DNA from: Nitrosarchaeum sp.
Lineage (GTDB): Archaea > Thermoproteota > Nitrososphaeria > Nitrososphaerales > Nitrosopumilaceae
Assembly (NCBI GenBank): GCA_965223865.1
Contig: OZ245020.1
Coordinates: 1,056,001 to 1,120,000 of the forward strand
Reading direction: 5' to 3'
Length of the DNA: 64,000 nucleotides
Shown piece by piece: positions 27,332 to 37,999 of the stretch. The translations under genes were made by a program, and so were the position numbers. A model generated the notes under the pieces. It did no database searches and had not been told where the DNA came from. It worked only from the letters and a program-made list of their open reading frames with translations. Each line of letters begins with the position of its first letter. The stretch's first letter is position 1.

Positions 27332-27661
27332 TTATCTTAATTGCTCTTCTAGAAAATCAATAATTTGCAAAAAGCGATCTTTGCTTTTTCTCTGCAATTC
27401 TTGAGGAAATTCTTCAATTGTAAATACAAATTGTTGATGAAAGCTTGGAACCAATACTCCCCCTGATGTTACAAGCTGTTCAATGACATAATCTTTAGTT
27501 AAAGTGCATACTATTTCTTCATAAGAATCGTCTTCTTCTTCTAATGTTTGCCTGTAAAGAACAATAGGCTTGTTTGTCTTGGTGACAATCTCTGAGCCTT
27601 TCTTTAATAGTTCAATTAGATGTTGTATCTGCCACGAGTCTAGGCTGATCTGTTTTACCAT
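27332..27661 (-). CDS. Hypothetical protein
   Basis: 109-aa ORF co-oriented upstream of sucC. Confidence 0.7.
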   Translation of the reverse strand: MVKQISLDSWQIQHLIELLKKGSEIVTKTNKPIVLYRQTLEEEDDSYEEIVCTLTKDYVIEQLVTSGGVLVPSFHQQFVFTIEEFPQELQRKSKDRFLQIIDFLEEQLR

Positions 27662-27920
27662 ATTTTCAATATGTGTATTTTCTATTTATTATGCCAGTTT
27701 AGCTAAAAGCTAGCTAATTTGTTGATTTTAGATTAGAAAATTCAACTTAAAATAAAAAAGAATCATAGGTTTTCTAGGGATATAGAATACTTAATGATAT
27801 GCTTCGGGAAAATAGTATTTTTTTGGGGAGACTGGTATTTCTCCTCTGTAAATATGATTAAAAAATATCCTTAGAATAAATAAAAAATAAATCTACTTTG
27901 CACTAATTTCTGAATTATAA

Positions 27921-30900
27921 TCATTCCACTGAAATTCTAATCTTTTGTCCATCAATGTCGTCATCCTTGTATTCTTTGCATGTCTGCTCAAAATTTACCT
28001 GTTTTACTCTTACCAAAAATGACAATTCTTGAGCCTTTTCTTTTATCATCTCTAGCGACTCCTCATCCAAATCCAAAATTGACGCTACAGTGAGTACATC
28101 AGTTGGATTGTACCCTCTTTCTTTTCTTAATGTTTGAAGTCTTCTTGCAATATCTTTGATCAATCCTCTTGCCATCATCTCCTTATTTCTAGTAGTTGAG
28201 ATAAATACTACATAGTTGTCTCTTTTTGAAACTGCAAATCCATCTTTTGCATCAAAATCAATTACAAAGTCTTCACTTTCTAATGAAATTTCTGCTCCGT
28301 CAAACTCAAAGTTATATTTTGAATTTTTTTGAAGTGATGAAATTATGTTTTCAGGATCAGTTTCTGAAAAGACACTAACAAGCTTTCCCATGTGTTGTTT
28401 TGCTTTTGGTCCTATCTTCTTTCTCTCTAACTCTACCACAGCTTTAACCGGTAATTCTTTTGATTGTAGTTCTATTAGTTGCTCAAATCCAGATTCTTTT
28501 TCAATTTCATAAATTGAAAACTTTTCCACATTAAGCTGAGAAATTAATAATTCTGAAAGCAGTTCCAGTTTTTGCTTTTGTCCTTTTGATACACAAATTA
28601 GTGCCTCATTTAGCGGCCATCTTCTCTTTAGTTTACCTTTCATTCTTGCAGCAGCAGAGATAGAGACAACATCTTTCATAATGTCAAATGATTCTTCAAT
28701 TTCTTCATTGACTAGGGATTCTTGATATTGCGGCCACTTTTCAAGCAGGATGCTTTTTTCTCCTTTAAACACTGAATGGTAAAGACACTCACTGGTAAAT
28801 GGGCATAATGGATGAATCAAAATATCTAGAGATTTGAGCACATCATGTAACACTGCATAAATTGCCAGTCTCCTGTTTTTTTTCTCATCGTCTTCATCCC
28901 ACAACTCCCCTCTAGTAATGGGAATGTAGATCTGACTAAGATTATTTATTATAAAATCATCTATTGACTTTGCAGCTTCGTGGAATTTGCAAACTTGGTT
29001 TTTCTCTGTAATTTTTCTGATTAGTTTTTGCATCTTTGACAAGAGCCAAATATCTGGAGATGTTAAATGGGAATTTTCTTTTGCCCATGTGATTGTTTTT
29101 GATTCATCAAATTTATCATATTCGCTATTTTGCTTGAAATACAAATGCAAGTTAAACAATGTGTTTAGCACTTGATAGGGTCTTGACATTAACTCGTCTG
29201 TACTAAAGCTTAGAGGCTCTATCGGGCTTGCTTTCCAAATAAAATAAAACCTAACCAAATCAACTGGATATTTTTCTAATAGATCTTTTCCATCAATTAC
29301 ATTTCCCAGACTCTTACTCATCTTTCCTCCCTTTTCATCAAGAACATGTCCTTGGAACAAAAATGATTTGTATGGAGCAATAGGTCCATTGTTTAAGATT
29401 ACATTTTCAATCAATAGTGTATATGCCCATCCTCTTGTTTGATCAATCCCTTCAGTGAAAAACGGAGCTGGGATTTCTTTTGAATAATCTTCATCAGAAA
29501 GTGAGGAGTATGGTGCAGAACCACTATTATGCCAGGTATCTAGTACATATTCTTCTCTTTTTGTTTTATTGCTCCCACAATGTGTGCACTTTATTGTGAT
29601 CTTATCTATCCATGGACGATGCAATTCAAAATTAGGGCCATCAGGTAAATCTACTGCAGAATTTACTATCTCCTTTCTTGTGAAAAACCAGTTTTGTTTG
29701 TGACAATCATTGCAAATCCATACAGGTAGTGGACATCCCCAGAATCTCTCACGAGAAATACACCAAGGGTGTTTTTCTTTGATAATTCCCAAGAATCTAT
29801 TTTTTGGTTGATCAAAAAAATACTGCACATCTTCAGCTGCCTTGATTGCTTTATCTTCTAGCCTGTCAAGTTTGTAAAACCATCCTTTTCTTGCCAACCA
29901 TACTATGGGGTGGTGTGATCTCCAACATAATGGATACTTGTGTTTTATTCTTCCAATCTTTACTAAGGCATTGTGTTCTTTTAGGTCTTCAACAATTGCA
30001 CTGTCTGCATCTCTGACAAACATTCCTTCATATTTTCCTGCAAGACCAGTAAATTTGACCTCGTCATTGATTGGATTAAATATCTTGACTTTTCTTTTGT
30101 TTGCAATTCCGATATCCTCCTCACCATTTGCAGGAGACAGGTGCACCAAGCCACTTCCTGTTGTTGCATCTACAAATTCTTCAGATACTACAACATGAAA
30201 GTTGTCTTCTATTGAACATTCCTCTAGACCGGAAATTAAGTTCAAAAGTGGATGGATGTATTTTTTTCCTTCAAATTCTGAACCCTTGATGGTTTTTTCA
30301 ATTTTATAATCTTCAATTTTTATTTCATTCAAAAATTCTTCTAGTCTAGTTTTTCCAACTACCCAGGTTTCGTTTTCTACTTTGATATACACATAATCTT
30401 CTTCTGGTTTGACCCCTACCATTGCATCAGTTACCAAAGTAAATGGCATTGTAGTCCATACAATCAAAAAAACGTCTTCATCTTTTAGCTTGACTTTGTA
30501 GTACAATGATGGGTCTTTAACCTCTTCATAACCTTGGTTTACTTCTGCATGACTAAGTGATGTCTGACAGCTAGGACAATATGCTATTACGGTAAAGTCT
30601 TCTTCTAAAATTCCATTCTGACGCGCCTTTTTGAGAATTTGCCATTCTCTTTCTATGTACTCATCTCTGTATGTCCAGTATGCTCTTTCATGATTAAATG
30701 ACATTCCAAGTAATTCATCTACATTCACCCATTCTGAATTGAATTTTTTTACAAGACTTTTGCATTCTTCAACTAGTTTTTCTATTCCCACTTTTTCAAT
30801 AACTTCCGACTTTCCGCCAGTAACGCCTAGTTCTTTTTCTGCTTGTAATTCAACGGGGAGTCCCTGAGTGTCCCATCCTCCATTAAAGACAATTTTTTTT

Positions 30901-31118
30901 CCATTTAGGGTGTTGAATCTATACCACAAATCTTTGATGACTCTGCCTCTAAGGTGTCCTGCGTGTGGGATACCGTTCATCGTTGGTGGTCCTTCTATGA
31001 AAATGATCTTTTCAGGTTTGTCTGAGTCAAAGATCATTTTTTCCACATCTATTGATTTGGTATGCTCCTTTACCTGACTCTCAATTATTTTCGCATCAAA
31101 TTTTGATGATAATTCCAT
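27921..31118 (-). CDS. ileS: Isoleucine-tRNA ligase
   Basis: EGPP..NG.PHAGH (HIGH), GWDTQGLP, WTTMPFTL, WCISRERFWG, KMSKS. Confidence 0.98.
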   Translation of the reverse strand: MELSSKFDAKIIESQVKEHTKSIDVEKMIFDSDKPEKIIFIEGPPTMNGIPHAGHLRGRVIKDLWYRFNTLNGKKIVFNGGWDTQGLPVELQAEKELGVTGGKSEVIEKVGIEKLVEECKSLVKKFNSEWVNVDELLGMSFNHERAYWTYRDEYIEREWQILKKARQNGILEEDFTVIAYCPSCQTSLSHAEVNQGYEEVKDPSLYYKVKLKDEDVFLIVWTTMPFTLVTDAMVGVKPEEDYVYIKVENETWVVGKTRLEEFLNEIKIEDYKIEKTIKGSEFEGKKYIHPLLNLISGLEECSIEDNFHVVVSEEFVDATTGSGLVHLSPANGEEDIGIANKRKVKIFNPINDEVKFTGLAGKYEGMFVRDADSAIVEDLKEHNALVKIGRIKHKYPLCWRSHHPIVWLARKGWFYKLDRLEDKAIKAAEDVQYFFDQPKNRFLGIIKEKHPWCISRERFWGCPLPVWICNDCHKQNWFFTRKEIVNSAVDLPDGPNFELHRPWIDKITIKCTHCGSNKTKREEYVLDTWHNSGSAPYSSLSDEDYSKEIPAPFFTEGIDQTRGWAYTLLIENVILNNGPIAPYKSFLFQGHVLDEKGGKMSKSLGNVIDGKDLLEKYPVDLVRFYFIWKASPIEPLSFSTDELMSRPYQVLNTLFNLHLYFKQNSEYDKFDESKTITWAKENSHLTSPDIWLLSKMQKLIRKITEKNQVCKFHEAAKSIDDFIINNLSQIYIPITRGELWDEDDEKKNRRLAIYAVLHDVLKSLDILIHPLCPFTSECLYHSVFKGEKSILLEKWPQYQESLVNEEIEESFDIMKDVVSISAAARMKGKLKRRWPLNEALICVSKGQKQKLELLSELLISQLNVEKFSIYEIEKESGFEQLIELQSKELPVKAVVELERKKIGPKAKQHMGKLVSVFSETDPENIISSLQKNSKYNFEFDGAEISLESEDFVIDFDAKDGFAVSKRDNYVVFISTTRNKEMMARGLIKDIARRLQTLRKERGYNPTDVLTVASILDLDEESLEMIKEKAQELSFLVRVKQVNFEQTCKEYKDDDIDGQKIRISVE

Positions 31119-31381
31119 CTAAGTTTGGGTGTTGATGTGGCATTATAAAGTTAAATTGTATTTTGTAATATTGGAATTTTCATTGAATTGAACCGTTGCA
31201 TTATTCATGTCTTTATGATCCCACTCAAATCCTAGAATTGCATGCTTTAGATAAAAATTCTATGATCCCCGAAAATCACAAAGGAGACTGAAAGTATATC
31301 ATTTTTTCAAACAGATTTGAATAAACAAATTCTGTTTTGTCATTGATGCCTTGGATTATATATTTAAGAAAATGAGATTTT

Positions 31382-32647
31382 TTGTTGGTAAACATTCTCG
31401 TAGTTGGATCAGGTGGCAGAGAACATGCTTTGTCTTGGAAACTATCACAGAGCTCAAAAGTTGACAAGGTTTTTACAGCTCCTGGAAATGGTGGGACCAA
31501 AAATAATATCTCAATAGATATGGCCGACTTAGATTCTCTTGCAGAATTTGCAAAAAAAAATAATTGCTTTACTGTTGTAGGGCCTGAAGCTCCATTAGCA
31601 GCAGGAATTGTTGATAAATTCAATAAAATGAATCTTAAAATTTTTGGTCCTTCAAAAAGTGCAGCCCAATTAGAATCAAGTAAAATTTGGGCAAAAAAAT
31701 TCATGAAAAGAAATGACATTCCAACTGCTAGGTTTGAAATTTTTGATGATCCAAAAAAAGCTGAAGAGCATGTAAAATCCCTCGATTATAATGTGGTAGT
31801 AAAAGCTGATGGTCTTGCAGCAGGTAAGGGTGTTATTGTTTGTAACAGTACTGATGATGCAATATCTGCAATTAATACAATTTTGGTCAAAAAAACATTT
31901 GGTGAGGCTGGAAATCAAATAATTATAGAGGAAAGAATTGATGGAACAGAGGCCTCCTACATCGCATTGTCTGATGGTAACATTGCAATCCCTATGGCAA
32001 CTAGTCAAGATCATAAGAGAATTTTTGATGATGATAAAGGACCAAATACAGGTGGCATGGGGGCTTATTCTCCTACACCAATAGTAGATGAAGGACTAGG
32101 GAAAAAAATCCAAGAAAAAATCATAAACAAAACAATTGAATCTATGAAAAAAGAGGGTATTTCATTCAAGGGATTCCTGTATGCCGGAATTATGATTCGA
32201 GATAATCGCCCATATGTATTAGAGTATAATGTTAGAATGGGTGATCCTGAATGTCAACCAATTACAATGAGGATGAATTTTGATTTGTATGATTACTTTG
32301 CAGCTAGTGTAGATGGAACATTATCATCAATGCCTACCCCATTATGGAAAGACCAGTCTGCAGTTTGTATTGTTTTAGCTTCGGAAGGGTATCCTGAATC
32401 TTATCCTAAAAATGAAGAGATTTATGGTCTTGATAATGTTGCAGAAGATGCCTTTGTCTTTCATGCTGGAACAAAAATGGAACATGGGAAAATTTTTTCT
32501 AACGGCGGTAGGGTTTTGGGCGTAACTGCTTTAGGTAATTCTTTAGAATCTGCAATCTCAAATGCATATGTTTTTGCGGAAAAAATTTCTTGGCCCCATA
32601 AATATTGCAGAAAAGATATCGGTAAAAAAGGACTAGATTACCTTTGA
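31382..32647 (+). CDS. purD: Phosphoribosylamine-glycine ligase
   Basis: GSGGREHAL, VGPEAPL, KADGLAAGKGV, GPNTGGMG, GGRVL. Confidence 0.98.
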   Translation: MLVNILVVGSGGREHALSWKLSQSSKVDKVFTAPGNGGTKNNISIDMADLDSLAEFAKKNNCFTVVGPEAPLAAGIVDKFNKMNLKIFGPSKSAAQLESSKIWAKKFMKRNDIPTARFEIFDDPKKAEEHVKSLDYNVVVKADGLAAGKGVIVCNSTDDAISAINTILVKKTFGEAGNQIIIEERIDGTEASYIALSDGNIAIPMATSQDHKRIFDDDKGPNTGGMGAYSPTPIVDEGLGKKIQEKIINKTIESMKKEGISFKGFLYAGIMIRDNRPYVLEYNVRMGDPECQPITMRMNFDLYDYFAASVDGTLSSMPTPLWKDQSAVCIVLASEGYPESYPKNEEIYGLDNVAEDAFVFHAGTKMEHGKIFSNGGRVLGVTALGNSLESAISNAYVFAEKISWPHKYCRKDIGKKGLDYL

Positions 32648-33202
32648 AGTTTCTAAAATTCTGTCCTCAGTAACAATCCAATCTATTAGCACATCATGAT
32701 CATCTTTTGGTATGTTTTTTACAATTTGTTTTTCAAGTGTTAAAGAAATTGTTACTGTTTTATTTTTTGAAAGAAATCTGTCATAATACCCATAACCATA
32801 TCCCAATCTGACTCCTTTAGGTGAGATGCCAATGGTGGGAACTAGTATGACATCTAAGTTATTCTCGACAGAGCATCCTTGCCGTGGCTCCATAATGTCA
32901 AAACTTCCTACTTCTAGGCTTGAAAAATCAGTAATTTTTCTAAATTCCATTTCTTTTCCGATAACTTTGGGAAGGTAGACTTCCTTTCCATTGCTGAGTG
33001 CTTCTTGAATAATATTCTGTGTTAATGATTCACTTCCAATGGGATAATATGCTCCTATTTTTTGTGCCTTTCTAAAGGATTCAATTTTTTTTATTTTTTT
33101 TTGGATTTTATTACTTGCAATCTTCATTAAATCAAATGAAGTGTTGTCTCTTTTTTCTAAGAGCAGTTTTCGAAGTGATACTTTCTCAGAATTTTTTTCC
33201 AA
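32633..33202 (-). CDS. 5-formyltetrahydrofolate cyclo-ligase
   Basis: DVILVP...G.RLGYGYGYYDRFL; HDVLIDWIVTE. Confidence 0.93.
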   Translation of the reverse strand: MEKNSEKVSLRKLLLEKRDNTSFDLMKIASNKIQKKIKKIESFRKAQKIGAYYPIGSESLTQNIIQEALSNGKEVYLPKVIGKEMEFRKITDFSSLEVGSFDIMEPRQGCSVENNLDVILVPTIGISPKGVRLGYGYGYYDRFLSKNKTVTISLTLEKQIVKNIPKDDHDVLIDWIVTEDRILETSKVI

Positions 33203-34052
33203 TTTGACTCAGGGAAGCAGCAGTAATGGTATTTTTTAACAGCATTGCAACAGTCATTGGGCCCACTCCTCCCGGAACAGGAGTTGCAAAAGATGCTTTT
33301 TTAATAATCTTATCATAATCTGCATCACCTACAAGTTTTCCTTGAAACCTTGATATTGCAACATCAATTACTACTGCGCCTTCTTTAATCATTTCAGGTG
33401 TTAGAATGAATCTGTTTCTGTCACCTACAGCAGTTATTATGATATCTGCTGTCTGACACCATTCTTTAAGGTTTTTTGTTTTTGAATGGCATGTTGTGAC
33501 AGTTGCATCTCTTTCTAAAAGAAGATGATACAGTGGTTTTCCAACTAGGTTACTTCGATTAATCAAAACAACATTTTTCCCTTGTACATCTATTTTGTGA
33601 TAATCAAACATTTCCATAATTCCTGATGGTGTACATGCAACAAGTGCTGCTTTTTTCATTGCCAACAATCCCACATTATGTGGGGTGAGACCATCTACAT
33701 CTTTTAGAGGTGAAATTCTAGAAGTGATGATGAATTCATCTAGATGTTCAGGCAATGGAAGCTGAACTAAGATTCCATGAACTGCATTATCTTTATTCAA
33801 ATTCTCAATAATTTCATTTAGTTGCATCTGTGTGATCTCTGAATCAAGTTTATGATCTTTGGTGGCAATGCCTACTTCTTCACAGGCTTTGTGCTTATTT
33901 TTAACATAGGTCGCAGATGCTGGATTCTCTCCGACCAGAATTGTTGCAAGGCATGGATTAATTCCTTGAGACTTTAATTCATCGACTGCTCTTTTGACTC
34001 TATCTTTAACTGATTGGGCAATTTCTTTTCCATCAATTTTTATGCCTGTCAT
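33186..34052 (-). CDS. folD: Bifunctional methylene-THF dehydrogenase/cyclohydrolase (ORF track start 34103)
   Basis: YVKNK, GILVQLPLP, KDVDG, CTPSG, RSNLVGKP, TPVPGGVGPMT. Confidence 0.97.
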   Translation of the reverse strand: MTGIKIDGKEIAQSVKDRVKRAVDELKSQGINPCLATILVGENPASATYVKNKHKACEEVGIATKDHKLDSEITQMQLNEIIENLNKDNAVHGILVQLPLPEHLDEFIITSRISPLKDVDGLTPHNVGLLAMKKAALVACTPSGIMEMFDYHKIDVQGKNVVLINRSNLVGKPLYHLLLERDATVTTCHSKTKNLKEWCQTADIIITAVGDRNRFILTPEMIKEGAVVIDVAISRFQGKLVGDADYDKIIKKASFATPVPGGVGPMTVAMLLKNTITAASLSQIGKKF

Positions 34053-34142
34053 GAAGAATATTCTTGGTTTGTAGATATTTAATCCTTGGAATGCATATGA
34101 CAAAATTTGAGAATCGGGGAAAAGAAATTAAGTGGCAAATAA

Positions 34143-34439
34143 TTGATGGTTCTCATGTTCGTAGTTGTATCGGATATCAAAGTAAGACCAGAGTCTTTAG
34201 AAGACTTTAAAAAATGGTTTTCAGAGGCAAATCAAGTAGTTTCAAAGTTTGATGGCTTTGTATCAAGACGTCTTTTGGAGACAAAAGATGGCCAACACAG
34301 AGTTTTAGTTGAATTTGAGAGTCTTGAAAAGTTTGGAAAAATGCATCAAAGCCCAGAACATGAGCAACTTCATGCAAAAGCTTCATCGTTTATGGCAGAA
34401 CCTCCCTCTCCAAAATTCTACAATGTAATCGCACAATAA
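34143..34439 (+). CDS. Antibiotic biosynthesis monooxygenase (ABM) domain protein
   Basis: FDGFVSRRLL...VEFESLEKF....SPEH ferredoxin-like ABM pattern. Confidence 0.8.
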   Translation: MMVLMFVVVSDIKVRPESLEDFKKWFSEANQVVSKFDGFVSRRLLETKDGQHRVLVEFESLEKFGKMHQSPEHEQLHAKASSFMAEPPSPKFYNVIAQ

Positions 34440-34440
34440 A

Positions 34441-34761
34441 ATGAAAATTGATTATGATGTCGATAATTACATTGAAAAAATAAAAAACAAAAATACCTAT
34501 TTTCATACTTTTATTAACAGGGACACTCTTGCAGCAGGTGTCCTAATTTTACAACCCGGAGAGAAAGACACACAAGAACCTCATGAAAGTGACGAGGTTT
34601 ATTTTGTCATAAAAGGAGATGGATTTTTAAAAATCAAAGATAAGGAATATCCAGTATCAAAAAACAAAATGTATTTTGTTGCAAAAAATATTGAGCATTA
34701 CTTTCATGATAATTCGAAAGAACTTGTCATTCTATATTTTTTTGGTGGACCTAATACTTAG
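34441..34761 (+). CDS. Cupin domain protein
   Basis: DTQEPHESDEVYFVIKGDG...IEHYFH. Confidence 0.85.
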   Translation: MKIDYDVDNYIEKIKNKNTYFHTFINRDTLAAGVLILQPGEKDTQEPHESDEVYFVIKGDGFLKIKDKEYPVSKNKMYFVAKNIEHYFHDNSKELVILYFFGGPNT

Positions 34762-35372
34762 CTGATAATGGTTTTTCTACCCAAAATCTTTATCTTTTTT
34801 TCTGCAAATAGTTTTACCACTTTTGGATATACTTTATGCTCTTTCACTAAAATTCTTTTTGCAAGAGTTTCTTCGGTATCGTTATCTTTTACTTTGACTA
34901 TTTCTTGTAGGATGATTGGCCCCGTATCTACTCCTGAATCTACAAAATGAACCGTACACCCAGAGTATTTTACTCCATAATTGACTGCTTGTTTTTGTGC
35001 ATCTAGTCCTTGAAAAGATGGAAGTAATGCTGGATGTATATTGATAATTTTGTTTTTGTATTCTTTTACAAATTCTGGACTAATAATCCTCATAAATCCT
35101 GCAAGACAAACAAGTCCATTTTTTGGTGTTACTTTGTATTCTCTTAGGGATTCGATAATCTTTTTGTCATAATCCCATCTATTTTTGAATCCTTTGCTCT
35201 CAATTACCTCTGTTTTGATTCCCATTTTTTTAGCAATTTGTAGCCCCTTTGCATCTCCTTTATTTGAAATTACTATGGCTGGATTTATCGCAATTTTCTC
35301 TTTTTTTATTGACTTTAGAATAGCTTCCATGTTGCTTCCACGACCTGAAATTAAAATTCCTAGATTTAGCAA
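34758..35372 (-). CDS. purN: Phosphoribosylglycinamide formyltransferase
   Basis: LISGRGSNM, LAGFMRI, NIHPALLP, GCTVHFV..GVDTGPII. Confidence 0.97.
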   Translation of the reverse strand: MLNLGILISGRGSNMEAILKSIKKEKIAINPAIVISNKGDAKGLQIAKKMGIKTEVIESKGFKNRWDYDKKIIESLREYKVTPKNGLVCLAGFMRIISPEFVKEYKNKIINIHPALLPSFQGLDAQKQAVNYGVKYSGCTVHFVDSGVDTGPIILQEIVKVKDNDTEETLAKRILVKEHKVYPKVVKLFAEKKIKILGRKTIIS

Positions 35373-35505
35373 CTAATACTCAACAGAAAAACCTACAATT
35401 AATGTGTGTGGTTTAATTTATCTGAAAAACTGAAATTTTCAACCTCAATTTTTTGATTCATGTCTCAAATTGAAACCATAAAAACAAATCCATTGTACCT
35501 CTAAT

Positions 35506-35769
35506 ATGAAAATCAGCGAAATAGAAATTGATGACAGCCAAACAGGTTATTACTGGATTCAAATATACGCAAAAAACAAAAAACAGGCAATATCATTACG
35601 ACATCAAATATTAGATGATCAGGCAGTTAGAGAAAGACTAGAAAAACAGATCAAACAAAGTCAGAACATTATTGCGTATTCCTCAAACAAAATGGAAATG
35701 ACAGTTCAAAATTTCCTCATAGATAAACTTCAGATGATTCTTGAAGGAAATCTCGAATCCACTAGATAA
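35506..35769 (+). CDS. Hypothetical protein
   Basis: 87-aa ORF. Confidence 0.55.
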   Translation: MKISEIEIDDSQTGYYWIQIYAKNKKQAISLRHQILDDQAVRERLEKQIKQSQNIIAYSSNKMEMTVQNFLIDKLQMILEGNLESTR

Positions 35770-35863
35770 TGTATGTGATTTAGTGCCTGAACTGAAAACT
35801 ACCTACATAGTAATACTCTCTCTAATTATCATCAATGAATTCTAGAGTAAATTGAAGAAATGG

Positions 35864-35992
35864 TTACTCCGAAATTACTCTTATCTTCCTGATAGAATGC
35901 TTTGAAATGTCCTTATGGATATTTGAAATTGATTCATCCTTGAATGTCAGATCGCATACATAGCACTTGAAACCATCACACTGCATTACCAT
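35864..35992 (-). CDS. Micro-protein with a C2H2-like zinc finger (42 aa)
   Basis: FKCYVCDLTFKDESISNIHKDISKH. Confidence 0.55.
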   Translation of the reverse strand: MVMQCDGFKCYVCDLTFKDESISNIHKDISKHSIRKIRVISE

Positions 35993-36144
35993 CTGCCTGG
36001 TTATTTTGTATTAAAGAAACACGTAGAAATTATCAGTATGCAATTTTCAATATGTGATTTATTTTTTGTTGAAAAATAGTTTGATCTGTAGTTCACATAA
36101 ACTAAACTTGCAATTTATATCAAATCTCCCATCCTTGTCTCTTA

Positions 36145-37125
36145 TTGACTCGACCTGTTAAGATGACAAAAAATGGCATTCTGTGTCAAATCAATGGAAA
36201 GAGAGTTTATCTTGATCCGAAAAATACTGACGCAACAGGAATTAATTTTGTATCTCATGCTCATTCAGATCATCTTCCATCAAAGAATGGAGGAACAATT
36301 CTTACCTCTATTGAAACAAATGAAATTGCATCACTTAGAGGATTCAAAATGGAAAACCATGTCCAAAATATCGATAGCTTTTCACTAATTGATAGCGGTC
36401 ATATTCTAGGTGCAAAGGGATTGCTCTTTGATGATATTTTTTACACAGGTGATATTTGTACAAGAAATCGAGGGTTTCTCAAAGGGGCAAATATTCCAAA
36501 ATGTAAAACACTAATTACAGAATGCACATTTGGATTACCCGAATTTGTTTTTCCAAAGACCGAAGAAATCCAAAAACAAGTAAATGAGTTAATATCTGAC
36601 CTTTATGGAAAAGGAATTCCTGTTATTTTGTTGGGTTATCAATTAGGAAAGGCACAAACTATTACCCAGCTGTTTGGGCATTGGGCGCCTCTTTATTTTC
36701 ATGATTCTGTAAGAAAAATGAATTTACTTCATCAACAATTAGGAGTCTCGCTCAATGATGGAATCGGGCATTCGGAAGCAGAGAACCGTGGCTTACTTGA
36801 AAAGAAACCATGGGTAATGATAGCCCCAATGATGTCAACTAAAAGCAGCTTTTTGCAAGAGATGAAATCAAAGTATGGTGCAGTTACTATTGGATTTAGT
36901 GGATGGGCGCAATCTACAAAATTTTCATTTGGGAGAAGATCTGACTATTCTATTCCACTAAGTGACCACTGTGACTTTGATGAGTTAGTTGAGATGGTTG
37001 TAAAATCTGAAGCCGAACAAGTTTATACAATTCATGGATTTGTTGAAGAATTTGCAGAGCATCTAAGAAATTTAGGAATTAATGCACAACCATTACGAGA
37101 AGAATCATTGGATGATTTTACTTAA
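36145..37125 (+). CDS. MBL-fold / beta-CASP exonuclease (ligase-associated DNA damage response exonuclease-like)
   Basis: SHAHSDH, GHILG, YTGD, ITECTFGLP, GKAQ, SDHCD, TIHG. Confidence 0.9.
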   Translation: MTRPVKMTKNGILCQINGKRVYLDPKNTDATGINFVSHAHSDHLPSKNGGTILTSIETNEIASLRGFKMENHVQNIDSFSLIDSGHILGAKGLLFDDIFYTGDICTRNRGFLKGANIPKCKTLITECTFGLPEFVFPKTEEIQKQVNELISDLYGKGIPVILLGYQLGKAQTITQLFGHWAPLYFHDSVRKMNLLHQQLGVSLNDGIGHSEAENRGLLEKKPWVMIAPMMSTKSSFLQEMKSKYGAVTIGFSGWAQSTKFSFGRRSDYSIPLSDHCDFDELVEMVVKSEAEQVYTIHGFVEEFAEHLRNLGINAQPLREESLDDFT

Positions 37126-37357
37126 CTTGAAAACTCATACAATTACATTTTGATACTAGACATGTCTCAGAATTTCTTATGTGATCATGTGAAAAATGAC
37201 CGCAATTGTCATTTTTGCAAATTCTCCTCTGGGCTTCTCTTTTAACTACTGCTTGAGCAATTACATTTGCTTTTTCTTTAGAGTATCCTTTCTTATCAAT
37301 ATAATAGTGAACTACTTTGTTGTATAGTAAATCTGAATCAAACTGTTTTTCTAACAA
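37118..37357 (-). CDS. Hypothetical Cys/His-rich protein
   Basis: CKNDNCGH..HDH....C....CNC tail. Confidence 0.65.
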   Translation of the reverse strand: MLEKQFDSDLLYNKVVHYYIDKKGYSKEKANVIAQAVVKREAQRRICKNDNCGHFSHDHIRNSETCLVSKCNCMSFQVK

Positions 37358-37603
37358 CTATCTTCCACCCTGAGATGGGATGTAGTGCAGTGTAATGGTT
37401 GAACGAATTTTTGGAATTTTTCTAATTTTGTTTGTAATTGCCTCATCTAAAATTTCTTTAGAATCTGACTCGACTTTGCAAAAAACATCATATATTCCAT
37501 AAGTTCCTCTTACCTCTTTTGCTTCTGGGATTTTCATGATTTCATTTATGATGTTTTCTTCTGCTCCAAGATCACATTGAATTAGAATATATGCAATTTC
37601 CAT
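37358..37603 (-). CDS. Lrp/AsnC ligand-binding (stand-alone RAM) domain protein
   Basis: AYILIQC..G.E....GTYGIYD..KVE...IRKIPKIRSTITL. Confidence 0.88.
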   Translation of the reverse strand: MEIAYILIQCDLGAEENIINEIMKIPEAKEVRGTYGIYDVFCKVESDSKEILDEAITNKIRKIPKIRSTITLHYIPSQGGR

Positions 37604-37999
37604 GTTTATCCTCTGACACTTCCTCTTCTATATTTTGATCCCTGATGACAACCGCATCGGCAGAATTATCTTCACATTTGCTTTCTAATCTTCTAATCAT
37701 GAAAATAGTATATTATGATGATATTTCAAGCCCATCTGTTTTTTGGTTTGAATTTGTTTAATTTTGAGGCTAAATTTTAAATAATTTTCTGAAATTCTCC
37801 AATGACCTTTACATGATTTTGGCCATTACTTAAGTAATGGAAATTTTTAGGGATGCTATGTGCGAAACGCTAGATGAAATACATGAAGCACAACTGGCAG
37901 CAGTAATTGCAAGAATGCGAAAACAAAGGGCAAAAACTGAAAATCTGATTATAACAAAATAGTTTTTGAACAACTTTTTAGAAAACTTGAGAGCAAAAC

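Noticed and set aside
27776-27786. GGGATATAG in a core intergenic region
   Set aside because: Short match with no subterminal box; plausible by chance.
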